A stretch of DNA of 64,000 nt, taken from positions 160,001 to 224,000 of the forward strand of contig JBBIRS010000001.1 in assembly GCA_037441675.1 (NCBI GenBank), given 5' to 3'. The position numbers and the translations under genes are program-made. Below the pieces are notes generated by a model, which saw only the letters and a program-made list of their open reading frames with translations, did no database searches and was not told where the DNA came from. Within the stretch, counting starts at the first letter, position 1; each line of letters begins with the position of its first letter. Below, piece after piece: positions 38,769 to 49,167 of the stretch. This DNA is from Planctomycetales bacterium. Its GTDB lineage: Bacteria > 4484-113.

Positions 38769-40208
38769 ATGATGAGAGAGGGGAAAAGCGGTATACCCGA
38801 GTCTGAACGAACCTCACCGCTCTTCACAGGCCTAATAAATGCGCGCGCATCGCCTATTCTCTTCTCAATAGCTCACCTCATAGTGGACGCTCTTATGTTA
38901 TTTCTCGGATTTAGCTTAGCGTATCTAATCAGGTTTAAGAGCGGGCTTCCGGTTCCTCTAGGCAGAGTCCCGTACTCTTCTTATCTCATCCTTTGGCTTA
39001 TCAGCCTGCCTATTTGGTGGTTAGTTTTTGCTTATCACGGGTTATACTTCTCCCGCTTAAAAGATTCCTTCTCTTCGGAACTTTCACGCCTTCCATCCGC
39101 TGTGAGTCTTAGCATAATCCTCACTATAATCGTCTCCTTTGCAGTTAGAGGACTACCCGAATCCCGCCTTACCTTTATCTTTCAGTTTGTCTTTAGTTTC
39201 CTATTAATTGTTGTCGGAAGGAGAATATTGCGATACTTAACTGCAAGCCCTTCACCTTCAATCTTTCTTTTGGGTGATTCGCCGATAATTGAGATCCTTA
39301 AGTTTCGTCTTCGGAGAAGATATGGGAAGAATGCCAAAGTATTTCTGTTCTCAGAGGAAGATTTACGGCTTGAATCCTTAGAGTTTCAGGATGCAGAAAG
39401 GCTAGTCAGGGAAAAAATCTTAAAGGAAAAGCCACTTGAGGTCATTGCCGTTAATGTAAAGTGGAAGGAGCTAACCGATGCCCTTATGATGATTGCGTTA
39501 AATGGCTCAACGAGAGTTCGATTTATGCCGGCGGGGGAAAGCCTCTTTTTAGGCTCAACCCATCTTTCTTCGGAGTACGGTTTTCCAGAAATTTGCCCCA
39601 AGATTAGGGATGAAATCATAGCCATTTCTCGTGCCAAGAGAGCATTTGACATTATTATAGGTAGCCTAATTTTTATCCTTGTGCTCCCACTGATGTCAAT
39701 TATCGCTTTTCTCATCTGGTTAACATCGCCTGGTCCAGTTTTTTTCGTGCATAAGCGCAGTGGTGCATTCGGTAAGGAATTTAAGCTACTCAAATTTAGA
39801 ACGATGTACGAATCCGCATCCCTCCCAAGTGAGCTTCAAGAACAGTTCCTTCGTGAGTATAAATTAAAGGATGACCCTAGGATTACTCCGCTTGGGAAGT
39901 GGCTCAGGCGTCTAAGCTTGGATGAGCTTCCTCAACTCATCAACGTTCTTAAAGGCGAGATGAGCCTAGTTGGTCCTCGTCCAATTGTAAAGGACGAGCT
40001 TGAAAAGTACGGTGTCTGGAAGAACGTGCTACTTATCCTGCTTCCAGGTTTAACCGGACTTTGGCAAGTCTCAGGAAGGAGTGAACTTAGCTACGAGGAA
40101 CGAGTTGATCTTGACATCTACTATATTATGAATTGGAATCCTGCCCTTGATTTTTCCATTCTTCTGAGAACACTAGTTGCCATCCTCTCTGGTCGAGGAG
40201 CTTATTAG
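38769..40208 (+). CDS. Polyprenyl-phosphate sugar phosphotransferase (WbaP/WcaJ-like)
   Basis: Four TM + KRAFD, KFRTM, DDPRIT, LDELPQL, GEMSLVGPRP, PGLTGLWQVSGR. Confidence 0.95.
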   Translation: MMREGKSGIPESERTSPLFTGLINARASPILFSIAHLIVDALMLFLGFSLAYLIRFKSGLPVPLGRVPYSSYLILWLISLPIWWLVFAYHGLYFSRLKDSFSSELSRLPSAVSLSIILTIIVSFAVRGLPESRLTFIFQFVFSFLLIVVGRRILRYLTASPSPSIFLLGDSPIIEILKFRLRRRYGKNAKVFLFSEEDLRLESLEFQDAERLVREKILKEKPLEVIAVNVKWKELTDALMMIALNGSTRVRFMPAGESLFLGSTHLSSEYGFPEICPKIRDEIIAISRAKRAFDIIIGSLIFILVLPLMSIIAFLIWLTSPGPVFFVHKRSGAFGKEFKLLKFRTMYESASLPSELQEQFLREYKLKDDPRITPLGKWLRRLSLDELPQLINVLKGEMSLVGPRPIVKDELEKYGVWKNVLLILLPGLTGLWQVSGRSELSYEERVDLDIYYIMNWNPALDFSILLRTLVAILSGRGAY

Positions 40209-40399
40209 GCTCTAGGGTTTATCCTTACGAACTCTCCACGACTATCTTTTTTGATGCCTCAGCATCATTCTCTTTCAATTGAGACACCATCTTTGCCTGA
40301 TGCACCTCAAAAATAATGGTTATACAATTCATTTGTTTGGCAGAAAATGTATGTTGTGATATAATTTGAGACACCTAAGTTGTATGGAGGGAATATTAA

Positions 40400-41716
40400 A
40401 TGCGAAGCATCGGATTGTGGTTTTTAGTCACTGCAATCTTATCGCTCTACTCTTGCGGTGGAGGCGGAGGAAGACCTAGTCCATCACCATCACCGCCACC
40501 ACCCAATAATGTTGACGAGCTTATCCAAGAGGGTAAATCGAGCCTTATTTCCGGAGACGGTTCTTCCGCCTGGAACAGTTTTCAACAAGCGATAAACTTA
40601 GCTCCTACAAACCCGGATGCCAATGTTGGCTTAGCTTTTATTGATTTAATGAGAATCGGAAATGATATAGTCACCTTCCTTTCAGAGGCAAATGAACTAA
40701 TCTTCCGCAACGTTAGCTACCTTCCTGTCAGTGCAGTTGTTGATACTGCGCTTTCCAACGAGACGCTCTTCAATTTCGGGCGATTCGTTGCTCAATCCGA
40801 TAATAATGACTTAAAAATTGAAGAAAAAACCTACCAAGAGATTCGGGAAAAAATCATCTTCATTGTGAATTCGTTGAATTCCATTCTAAACAGATTGGAT
40901 AAAGCTTTAACCTCAACTAGTTCGCTTCCTGGCTGGCGCTTTTCAATTCCTAAAGACTGGAATGATCCAAGCGCAGGAACAATCTCCATTTCACGAGGCG
41001 ATCTTCTACTCTTCTCTGCAAGTTTAGAATTTATTCTCGGTTTTCTCAATTTCTCCATCGCCTACGTGCCAGGCGAAATTGGAATTCGTAAAAATGAGTT
41101 CGGTGATGTTGAAATTACAGGGCTTGGTGAACCAACAGAAGTTGAAGACATTAACGAGGATGGCTACATTGACCTGAACGAGATTATTTCCGCCTCAGGT
41201 TTTCCAAACGGCTTCGGAATGCTCGCAGATGACGGGGCTACTCGCCTAGAGGATATGGTGAGGGCATGGCGAAATGCTTTTAATGATGTGAAGGAAGGCT
41301 TTGATAGTTACATTCAAGGAAATGAGCTCGTGGGTCATTGGGCGTTTGATATGACAGGAGAGGACTTCAACGACTTCGTCAACGACTGGGACTCCTATAT
41401 CAAAGCCTACCTGGAAGACTTAATTCAGGCATTTGAAAATGGCGCAACCTTATCGGTGCGACCGGAAGTTCTCTCGGATTTTCCAGAGTTAGAGGATGAT
41501 CCGGGAACGGACTTTTCCCTTTCAGTCAATTTCGCGGAATTCTTTACGAATCTTCCATCAGACTTGCGGAACTTTCCAATTCGCTTCATAATGGATGTTG
41601 ATGGCTCTTTACGGCTCCCCGTAAATGTGGAAGACGCCTTCCCAGATACAGAAGTCCTTGGGCTCTTCCCCGGCGGGCTTTCCCAAGAAAATTTCGAGAA
41701 GCTCTTTGGAAATTAA
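40400..41716 (+). CDS. Acidic lipoprotein with TPR-like N-terminus and EF-hand-like loop
   Basis: LYSC lipobox, Gly/Pro linker, FQQAINLAPTNPDANVGLA, DINEDGYIDLNE; GGAGG RBS. Confidence 0.7.
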   Translation: MRSIGLWFLVTAILSLYSCGGGGGRPSPSPSPPPPNNVDELIQEGKSSLISGDGSSAWNSFQQAINLAPTNPDANVGLAFIDLMRIGNDIVTFLSEANELIFRNVSYLPVSAVVDTALSNETLFNFGRFVAQSDNNDLKIEEKTYQEIREKIIFIVNSLNSILNRLDKALTSTSSLPGWRFSIPKDWNDPSAGTISISRGDLLLFSASLEFILGFLNFSIAYVPGEIGIRKNEFGDVEITGLGEPTEVEDINEDGYIDLNEIISASGFPNGFGMLADDGATRLEDMVRAWRNAFNDVKEGFDSYIQGNELVGHWAFDMTGEDFNDFVNDWDSYIKAYLEDLIQAFENGATLSVRPEVLSDFPELEDDPGTDFSLSVNFAEFFTNLPSDLRNFPIRFIMDVDGSLRLPVNVEDAFPDTEVLGLFPGGLSQENFEKLFGN

Positions 41717-41756
41717 ATCATAAATCATATGGTAGTCCGTCCTAAGCTAGAATCTC

Positions 41757-43136
41757 GTGCGTCCATCTTTAGTTCTTTTTGGTTCTCTAATTATCCTATT
41801 GCTTCCCTTGGGAAGACATGGGCTAGCTGATCCGCTCAATCTCCTGATGAAGGAAATTCCAGGTTCAGAATCTCTCTGGGAACCTCTTCCATTGAAAGAA
41901 GATTTTCCGCATTTTGGCAGGAGCAAGTTGCGCCTCAGCTTCTCTTCGGGCAATCTTGTCAGGTACAAGATTGACGGAGTAAGAAAGTACTTCTTAACAT
42001 CCGCTGGATCTGGCTATGAATTCGTTAGAAATAACGGCTCATCGTTTTTCTCATTCAGAGCTTCCGCTCTAGACACAACAGTTGCGCTTAGTGGCGGTAA
42101 TAATTCAAACCATTTAACCTGCGACAAAAGAACGCTATTTCTTGAAGGAGGCATAAGGGTTCCCATGAATAAATCAAGTTCCCTTCTCGGTGGCGGTAGT
42201 TTCTCATCTTTAAGATTACCCGGCAAAGGAAAGCTTACTTCCTTATCAACGGAAATTCCAGGGTTTTCCGAGACTTCACCAGCAGAGCTTAATTGGATGG
42301 AAGATGGCTGGGAGTACTATTTAACCTACCTCAGAGAAGAAAACTACATAGGCGCACTTTACTCGGAAAATTCCATTAACGTGGATACTCGTCTGAGTAA
42401 TGTTACCGATTCAGTGGTGTTAGAGGTTCACGAATCAACAAAAACCCTAGGCTTATACGGTGGCGCCAGGATGGGGAAGAGCTTGATGGTAAAGTTTTCC
42501 TACCGAGAAGGTGATGGTTTCGGCTCGGATGGTATTTTCAAAAGCCATGAACGCCTAGGTCCTGTAAATTTGAAAAGTCGCTTTCGGCATATCGGGTTTT
42601 CTATTTCCGAGTTGGAGGATGACCCATCCTGGGTTGCCGACTACATGAGAGGTGAGTACTCCGTTCCCATTTCGGCTAGTTCAAGCCTAGAGGGTTTTGG
42701 CGGTCCTGTGTTTGGGATTATCTCTCCAAGGGTGCACGTGAATTCATTCAGCAGAACGACCCTTTCAACCGCGCTATTGAAGCTTGATTTAGGCAAATTA
42801 CTCGGGGATAGTTCAAGGCTTTCCCTCGGGGCAACTAGATGGGACATTGATACCTATACAACTACCTGGGAGTCACTTCTTTTCGGTTCAGCTAAGTTCA
42901 ACGAGAAATCCCACCGACTAAGTTTAGAATCTGGCTGGCTTGCGCACGTTGGCTTAGAAGCCACTTGGGAGCTCTCCCCTCATACCAGTTTAATTGCATT
43001 CGTTGGGCAAAGTGTTCCCATCCGAACAGTCGTTGCAAGAAAACCACCAATACCCCCTGCTCCTCCTGCGCCAGCCAAAGAAAAGTCCCTTGATGGTGGA
43101 AGGTTTTTCAGCCTTACTTATGCTTATGAATTCTAA
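41757..43136 (+). CDS. Putative outer-membrane beta-barrel protein
   Basis: Signal peptide, amphipathic beta-strands, C-terminal beta-signal FFSLTYAYEF. Confidence 0.65.
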   Translation: MRPSLVLFGSLIILLLPLGRHGLADPLNLLMKEIPGSESLWEPLPLKEDFPHFGRSKLRLSFSSGNLVRYKIDGVRKYFLTSAGSGYEFVRNNGSSFFSFRASALDTTVALSGGNNSNHLTCDKRTLFLEGGIRVPMNKSSSLLGGGSFSSLRLPGKGKLTSLSTEIPGFSETSPAELNWMEDGWEYYLTYLREENYIGALYSENSINVDTRLSNVTDSVVLEVHESTKTLGLYGGARMGKSLMVKFSYREGDGFGSDGIFKSHERLGPVNLKSRFRHIGFSISELEDDPSWVADYMRGEYSVPISASSSLEGFGGPVFGIISPRVHVNSFSRTTLSTALLKLDLGKLLGDSSRLSLGATRWDIDTYTTTWESLLFGSAKFNEKSHRLSLESGWLAHVGLEATWELSPHTSLIAFVGQSVPIRTVVARKPPIPPAPPAPAKEKSLDGGRFFSLTYAYEF

Positions 43137-43250
43137 ATGTAACTTTTTAAGGCTTGGAGATTGGCTTATTTACCAATTCTAAAATCCAAATAAAAGAACT
43201 TCTCCTAGAAGCTCAAGCGTTGATTAAGTTTTTCCCCTAAAATTATGGTC

Positions 43251-43964
43251 CTAAAGTAAAATTTTCTCAATTTCCTCTTCAACCTCATTCTCGCCCGGAA
43301 AGAAATTAAAATGCCCAAAGATAAACCCCGCCATATTCTTAACAAGCCTGTATAGTTCTTCCGTTTCAACGGACTTAAGCTCTCTAGTTGGGAAATCAAG
43401 CTCTTCCCTGTGAAGGATAGTTCTAACATTTTGGAATCGCACGCCACTTGGATTGCTAGTGAAAGATAATCCCTCTGCATCAAAAACTCTCATACTCACA
43501 AAGTAAGGTAAGGGCTGTTTTAGAGATCTTTCGAACTCTTGCACAAGTCTAGCGAAACAACTAAGCGCAATCAGAGTTGACCATGGCTTAAAGTCATACT
43601 CTATTCTCTTATGTCCTTTGGCAATCTCATGCTCACCGTTAATCTCCTCTCTAATGGCAAGGGGAAAAAAGACGGTATGCACCCCTTGTCCGTCTAATGA
43701 CGCAATTCTCAAATGGTGTCCGACGGGAAGGATAAATTCTTTATTGAATAGATTCCAAGTGGACTCAACAAATTCCCAACCACGCAATTCAAAGTTGAGG
43801 ATAAAGGTAGGAAACCTCGAATAATCAACTTGAGTGCCAACTTCTGGAGAAGCGGCGGCAACAAGCATTCCCTTACCCTCATAGGGTATCTTCCTTGAGA
43901 AGTAGTAAATTCTTTCAAGGCGCGTTCTTGCAATTTCAGTATCATCCATTTCTGACTTCTCCAT
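43251..43964 (-). CDS. Hypothetical protein
   Basis: 237-aa ORF with protein-like composition; weak resemblance to C-terminal domains of AlbA_2/Schlafen proteins. Confidence 0.6.
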   Translation of the reverse strand: MEKSEMDDTEIARTRLERIYYFSRKIPYEGKGMLVAAASPEVGTQVDYSRFPTFILNFELRGWEFVESTWNLFNKEFILPVGHHLRIASLDGQGVHTVFFPLAIREEINGEHEIAKGHKRIEYDFKPWSTLIALSCFARLVQEFERSLKQPLPYFVSMRVFDAEGLSFTSNPSGVRFQNVRTILHREELDFPTRELKSVETEELYRLVKNMAGFIFGHFNFFPGENEVEEEIEKILL

Positions 43965-44066
43965 ATCGCATGAAGTGATATATACACTTGAAAATACCCA
44001 AATTAATCTTAAATCATCCGAGATTTCGGAAATTCCTGGAACTTTCCGTTGTTCCCCCCCTTACAA

Positions 44067-44540
44067 TTAGAGAATTTCAATAAAAATTGAATTCCCCAGC
44101 TGAAATGAAAGGTCAAGCTCGCGAAGGAGGTGAAGAAGATCTTCTTCATTTTGACGTTCAATTCCAATTACTAAGTCAGGAAAATTTCCAAGCTGGTCAG
44201 TAGGGTAAGTTAAAGGCGCAGAAGTAATAGAGCGAATCCATCGACCTGCTGGGGTGTTTTCCATTCTCTTCTCATTTTCAAATGCTCTTCTCGGAGGTGT
44301 CAGCTCCCTGCTGGTAAGCGCAATCCCGAAGACAATCCTTCCTCTTTTAGCCCTATTTCTAGCCACAATATCAACTAACTCATAAGTTATCCATTCAGGC
44401 ATTTCATATGATGGTAGATTGACGCCAAGAACTTCGTATGAACCATCTGAAAGAACACTTTGAAAGAGTCTCATCACTAGCTCTTCCCTACTAGGCTCTG
44501 TAATTTCCATTCCCGCCTCCAAATTTCTTGTTTTCCACAA
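44067..44540 (-). CDS. Hypothetical protein, possible degenerate restriction-endonuclease-like fold
   Basis: 157-aa ORF; VNLPSYEMPEWI..VDIVAR...IVFGIALT. Confidence 0.55.
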   Translation of the reverse strand: MWKTRNLEAGMEITEPSREELVMRLFQSVLSDGSYEVLGVNLPSYEMPEWITYELVDIVARNRAKRGRIVFGIALTSRELTPPRRAFENEKRMENTPAGRWIRSITSAPLTYPTDQLGNFPDLVIGIERQNEEDLLHLLRELDLSFQLGNSIFIEIL

Positions 44541-44768
44541 TTTTAACCACTATTTCCTTCTAAGGAGCATAGTCCCGATAAACCTTCTAACGTGCTCTTC
44601 CTGATTTCTAAAAAGGATTTACTGCACGGGCCACACTCGTTAGGTAACCATCTAACAGTTTGATGACATTTGCGCTAGGTGCTCACATTCAATTCTCATC
44701 AATTCTCATACAATCCTCAACATAGTTGCAAGCCCTGCGGGAAACGTTCTAAGAGAATCCATATGAAC

Positions 44769-44841
44769 TGGGCGCTAGTGGAATCGAACCACTGGCCTCT
44801 TCGGTGTCAACGAAGTGTTCTAGCCACTGAACTAAGCGCCC
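44769..44841 (-). tRNA. tRNA-Val(GAC), CCA not encoded
   Basis: GGGCGCT/AGCGCCC stem, CTTCG-TTGACAC-CGAAG anticodon arm, GGTTCGATTCC. Confidence 0.96.
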
Positions 44842-44849
44842 TTACCCTA

Positions 44850-44920
44850 AGGCGGCACCCGGAATCGAACCGGGGATAAGGGTTTTGCAGACCCTCGCCT
44901 TACCACTTGGCCATGCCGCC
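44850..44920 (-). tRNA. tRNA-Cys(GCA), CCA not encoded
   Basis: GGCGGCA/TGCCGCC stem, AGGGT-CTGCAAA-ACCCT anticodon arm, GGTTCGATTCC. Confidence 0.96.
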
Positions 44921-44934
44921 AAGTCCCTGTAAGA

Positions 44935-44963
44935 ATTATAACTCTGGCATTTCCGAGCGTCAA
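44935..44963 (-). promoter_or_regulatory. Sigma70 promoter of the tRNA-Cys/Val pair
   Basis: TTGACG-N17-TATAAT on the minus strand. Confidence 0.85.
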
Positions 44964-45088
44964 ACAACAAAAGTTAAATTCTAAGCAATCACGTCCTGAA
45001 ATACAGTTTACTGATAGTCCTTAGATGTTAGGATACTTCGGTGGTATCCTAGAATGCTATAATGCCTTCTTAGCATAGGGAGAACGTA

Positions 45089-45600
45089 TTGCTAGTTCTA
45101 TCAGTGTTTCTAGCGATAAAGGCGACCCAACTCTTTGTGGGTGTACTCAATTTTTGCATTATTCTTCGCTATCGGGGGCATCTGGCTTTTTAGCGATGCC
45201 TATGAAAGCTTTGATATGGGCTCTGCTACTTCGCATTGATTATCTACTCTGTGTTTGCTGCAGTCTTTCCAATAACCCTCCTCTTGGCTACTTTCTGTTT
45301 GTACAAGCCTACGATAAGGCTACTTCTCAACAATCTGGCGTCAGTCTCCCAAAGCCTCACTTTGCATCAGATGCCCTTAGAATGATGGGTGATTCTCGTG
45401 ATATGGTAATGGACTCAAATATTAAATCTTTCCAAGCTGAGAACGAAATAGCGCCTGCGCCTGAGCCTGATGAGCTTATTAAAGAGAATAAGCTAGAAAC
45501 CGCAGAAGAGCGTGCAAAGGAGCTCCTCAAAGTTGCTCAGGAGTTTAATGATGAAATCGGGATTCGCATGTATAAGAGTTTCATCTCGCTTATCAAGTGA
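45089..45600 (+). pseudogene. Multiply frameshifted membrane protein, paralogue of the next gene
   Basis: Fragments in different frames: LLVLSVFLAIK / YSIFALFFAIGGIWLFSDAYES / LIWALLL / IIYSVFAAVFPITLL / LGYFLFVQ...ELIKENKLETAEERAKELLKVAQEFNDEIGIRMY. Confidence 0.55.
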
Positions 45601-45694
45601 CAAATGAGTAATAAAGGTAAATAAGGCTAACATTGACGGGATAACTTTTTTCGACGTTGCCCATAGAAGGCTCTAATTGAAAGTAACCTCAAAG

Positions 45695-46262
45695 ATGATA
45701 ACAACCGGTTTACAAATCGACGAAGCTTATATGACCTACCTAGTGGTAATGATGATAGCTTCTTTCGTCGGAACAATCTGGATGTTTTTTTCATGCTTCT
45801 GAGCATCTTGACTCATTCGCTGCTTTTCTTCTAGTTTCCTTCAACCTGCGGGTGTTTTTACAAACCACTGTTCCATTAGTGTTGTTTGGCTATATTTTAG
45901 TTTGGCTTGTTGCCATTTGGGTGAATAATTACCGCTTGAGAATGGATCAGAAAAGAGAAGAAAAAGAGGGAATAGAATATTCCGCATCTCGCATAGGCGT
46001 AAAGAGAATCTCGTTAAACCCTGAAAAAGAAGCTAAGGAAATGGGGTTTCCGTCGATTTACCCAAAAGATAAACCGAGGAGATTTGAATTAGAATCATTT
46101 GAAACAATTCCAGAAATTGAACAACTTTTAGCCGAGGGCAAGATAGAAGAAGCCTTGCGCCTAGCAGGGGAGCGCTACGAGTTAGCGATAGCTTGCGGAG
46201 ATGAGAAATCCAAAATCGCCTATAGAAGATACATCGATCGCATTCAGCGGGGGGAATGGTAA
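45695..46262 (+). CDS. Membrane protein with C-terminal helical domain, +1 frameshift at T7 run 45785-45791
   Basis: ATG 45695 gives MITTGLQ..FVGTIWMFF; removing one T continues in frame as HASEHLDSFAAF..VFLQTTVPL into ORF 45852-46262. Confidence 0.65.
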
Positions 46263-46435
46263 ATTACAAATCCTTACACGCCCTTTATGATGAATGATAA
46301 AGCCTTAGCAGAAATTTAATAATTACTCATGAAAATAATTTTTGTTAGATATGGCTAGGCAAGCTCTAATCCTGATTGCTTCATCACAGTATGGCTCAAA
46401 GGTTTGCGGTTAACAATCTTCGCTTCTTAACTAAC

Positions 46436-48898
46436 TTACTTAAGATATACCACGGTAACTCCTCTTCCTCCTTCTTCGCTAGTTCCATCCCTAAAACTTT
46501 TGACATACTCACATCTACCCAAGTATTCACGGACAAACTTTCTCAAAGTTCCGCTTCCAATTCCGTGCAAGATATGCACCACCTCTAAATTCTGATAGAT
46601 TGCCTGAGAGATAAAGTTCTCAACCTTAAATAGCGCTTCCTCTCTGTTAAATCCATGCAAGTCAAGGCGGTATGCAGTATCAACTATTTTCCCATCTATT
46701 ACCATATCAAGGCTTTTGCCCAGCTTCGTCTTATCCTCTTTCATAGCCTGAGAAGCTTGCCCCTTCCCGATATTTTCCTCCGTCGCCGATATCAGCTCTT
46801 TGTGAAGAATATTCTTAACTTTCTTGAGGCTAAGCGTAATTCTCTTTCTCTGTGAGAGAATGGTGACCCGATTTTTCTTCTCATCAATTGCTTCAACCTC
46901 TCCTTTAATTCCAACTGCGGGAAGTTCAATCTTCGCTCCAACTCTTAACTCACTCCTTTCAGAATCATCCAAATCCGATTGAATGGGGCTAGTTTCAGCA
47001 ATTTTCGTTAGAGTCTCCTCCGCTTTTTTTTCTATCTCTTCAGTGAGTCGCCTGATATCTTTCTGCATAAGGGTTTTCCTCTGCTCCGTTATTATCTTGT
47101 GCAGGGTACCCTCAGCGGAAGTTAAAAACTCATCCACCTTCGCGTAAAACTCTGTTTTCAAATTTTCAAAGGCTCTCTGAAGCTCCTTTTCTCGCAAAGT
47201 CAATCTGTCTTTAGCCGCTTGAAGTTGGCATTTCAATTCTTCAATTTCAGAGATCTCCATCCTCCTCTTAGTGGTTTGCTCCTCCAGCTCCTCTTTTTTA
47301 GAGTTTATTTCCTTGAGAGCTTCAGAAAAAACCTTATTCGTCTCGCCTAAAGCATTCCTACCTCTCTCGATAATGTCCTCTGATATACCTGAGGATAAAG
47401 CAATCTCAAAGGCAAAGCTTTTTCCAGGAATACCGTCAAGTATTCTAAAGGTTGGCTTAAAAGATTTTTCATCAAACTCTAGCGAGACGATTTTGCAATC
47501 TTTATGGGCAACACCAAAGGCTTTTACGGTATCGTGGTGAGTTGTAACCGCAACTTTTACAGGCTTTTCAAGCAGAAATTCCAAAATAGCTGTTCCCAGT
47601 GCGGCACCTTCGCCCGGGTCAGTTCCCGCTTCTAGCTCATCAATAAGAATAAGTGTTAACCTATCGCTACCCTTAGTTTCTAAGAAATTTATCGTTTCCT
47701 TTAGAAAATTTAGCCTACTTGTGAAAGTGGAGAGATTGTTCAAGAAGCTTTGCTCATCGCTAATATCCACGAATATACTGTCAAATAACCCAATGGTAGT
47801 TCCTTCCCGTACTGGAATTAGGAATCCGTAATAAGTCATTAGGCTAAAAAGCCCGATTAACTTCAGTAGCACGGTTTTTCCACCGGCATTAACCCCACTA
47901 ATTACTAGTCCGCGCTCAGATCTAAACTCTAAATCTTCGGGGACAAAAGACGCCATTAGGGGGTGGCGAGCGCCTACAAGGATAATCTCGCCTTCTTCTG
48001 AAAGTTCTGGAAGAATCCCCTCAATTTCATTACTGTAACTTGCCCTGGCAAGAATTGCGTCAAGTTCCGCTATCACGCTATGGTTTTCTATAATTTCAAG
48101 AGCGTATGGCTTTGCAAATTCTATGAATTCTGTCAGTATTCTCCTGACTTCAATCTCCTCCTCCAATAAGAGTTTCTGGCGTTCATTGTTCAGCTCCACA
48201 ACTTCTTTAGGCTCAACGTAAACGCTCGCACCTGTTAGTGAGTAATCAATTATTAACCCGGGGAACAGGTGGAGCATTCCAGTTGGAATATTCACGGTTA
48301 GCCTATTGTTCCTGATGCTTATGTGGGCTTCCGCATCCTTCCCCTTAAGTCGCATCCGCATCATCCTTTGAATTCTTTCTTCAGTCTCTAGTTGGATATC
48401 GCAGAGTGTTGCCCTTAGAGAGCGAAGGTGCGCTGACGCTGAATCTTTTACTTCGCAATCCTCAGTAAAAATTGCGGAAAACCTATCTCTAAGCTCATCA
48501 AGCCTATTGAGCCTAGCCAATAAATCTGCAAGCTCAGTATATTTTGTTCTTTTTAGCCGACCTTTGAGGCAAAGAGTGCTTTCGTTGCACCTCAAAAAGT
48601 CCCTTAAAGCATTTAGCTCCTCCAGCTCAGGTACCTTTCCGCTCTTTATTTTGAAAGCGAAGGAAGTATCTTCAGGTAGCTTTCCAATATCTAGCTCGTC
48701 TTTCCAGGTTTCGCAGGAAAGAATGTCAACCGCCTCAAGGGTTTCTGTCAGCTTCTTCCTAATATCTTTTGGCTCAAAGGAGAGAGATGCATTCTGCAAA
48801 AGTTTCTTTCCAGCAAGAGACTGACAGAATTCGCTCGCTCGCCTAAGAACCATTTCAAAATCAAGTTCTGCTATTAACCCAATGCTCTGTCTATCCAT
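46436..48898 (-). CDS. mutS2: Endonuclease MutS2 (Smr domain)
   Basis: VKDSAS, SLTGASVYVEP, ARHPL, GVNAGGKT, LSTFTS, DELEAGTDP, TTH, LDLHG, HGIGSGTLR. Confidence 0.93.
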   Translation of the reverse strand: MDRQSIGLIAELDFEMVLRRASEFCQSLAGKKLLQNASLSFEPKDIRKKLTETLEAVDILSCETWKDELDIGKLPEDTSFAFKIKSGKVPELEELNALRDFLRCNESTLCLKGRLKRTKYTELADLLARLNRLDELRDRFSAIFTEDCEVKDSASAHLRSLRATLCDIQLETEERIQRMMRMRLKGKDAEAHISIRNNRLTVNIPTGMLHLFPGLIIDYSLTGASVYVEPKEVVELNNERQKLLLEEEIEVRRILTEFIEFAKPYALEIIENHSVIAELDAILARASYSNEIEGILPELSEEGEIILVGARHPLMASFVPEDLEFRSERGLVISGVNAGGKTVLLKLIGLFSLMTYYGFLIPVREGTTIGLFDSIFVDISDEQSFLNNLSTFTSRLNFLKETINFLETKGSDRLTLILIDELEAGTDPGEGAALGTAILEFLLEKPVKVAVTTHHDTVKAFGVAHKDCKIVSLEFDEKSFKPTFRILDGIPGKSFAFEIALSSGISEDIIERGRNALGETNKVFSEALKEINSKKEELEEQTTKRRMEISEIEELKCQLQAAKDRLTLREKELQRAFENLKTEFYAKVDEFLTSAEGTLHKIITEQRKTLMQKDIRRLTEEIEKKAEETLTKIAETSPIQSDLDDSERSELRVGAKIELPAVGIKGEVEAIDEKKNRVTILSQRKRITLSLKKVKNILHKELISATEENIGKGQASQAMKEDKTKLGKSLDMVIDGKIVDTAYRLDLHGFNREEALFKVENFISQAIYQNLEVVHILHGIGSGTLRKFVREYLGRCEYVKSFRDGTSEEGGRGVTVVYLK

Positions 48899-49167
48899 TA
48901 TGTATGCAACAAAAGAAAGTATATCTGATAACGTTGGTGAAGGTTTCCCGTTTGGTTTCTCGTTTCAAGTATACAGAAAAACTTAAAATCGGTGGCTTTG
49001 AGAAAGTTTCCTGCCTAGTCTTCCCTAAGTCTCTATTATAGCCAGCAAGAATCAAAGAAATTTTCTTCTAAACTGGAACCAAAGCGAAATTCTAGAGTCT
49101 AAATTTACTGACAGCTGTACCTTTACAATTAACCTCTAACCTCAGCTGTCTGGTTGTTATTCCCCCA

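Noticed and set aside
40209..40399. TTGAGAC repeats resembling CRISPR repeat ends
   Set aside because: Only two 10-bp copies, 87 bp apart, with no longer shared repeat
44679..44879. 66-aa plus-strand ORF
   Set aside because: Antisense to tRNA-Val and tRNA-Cys
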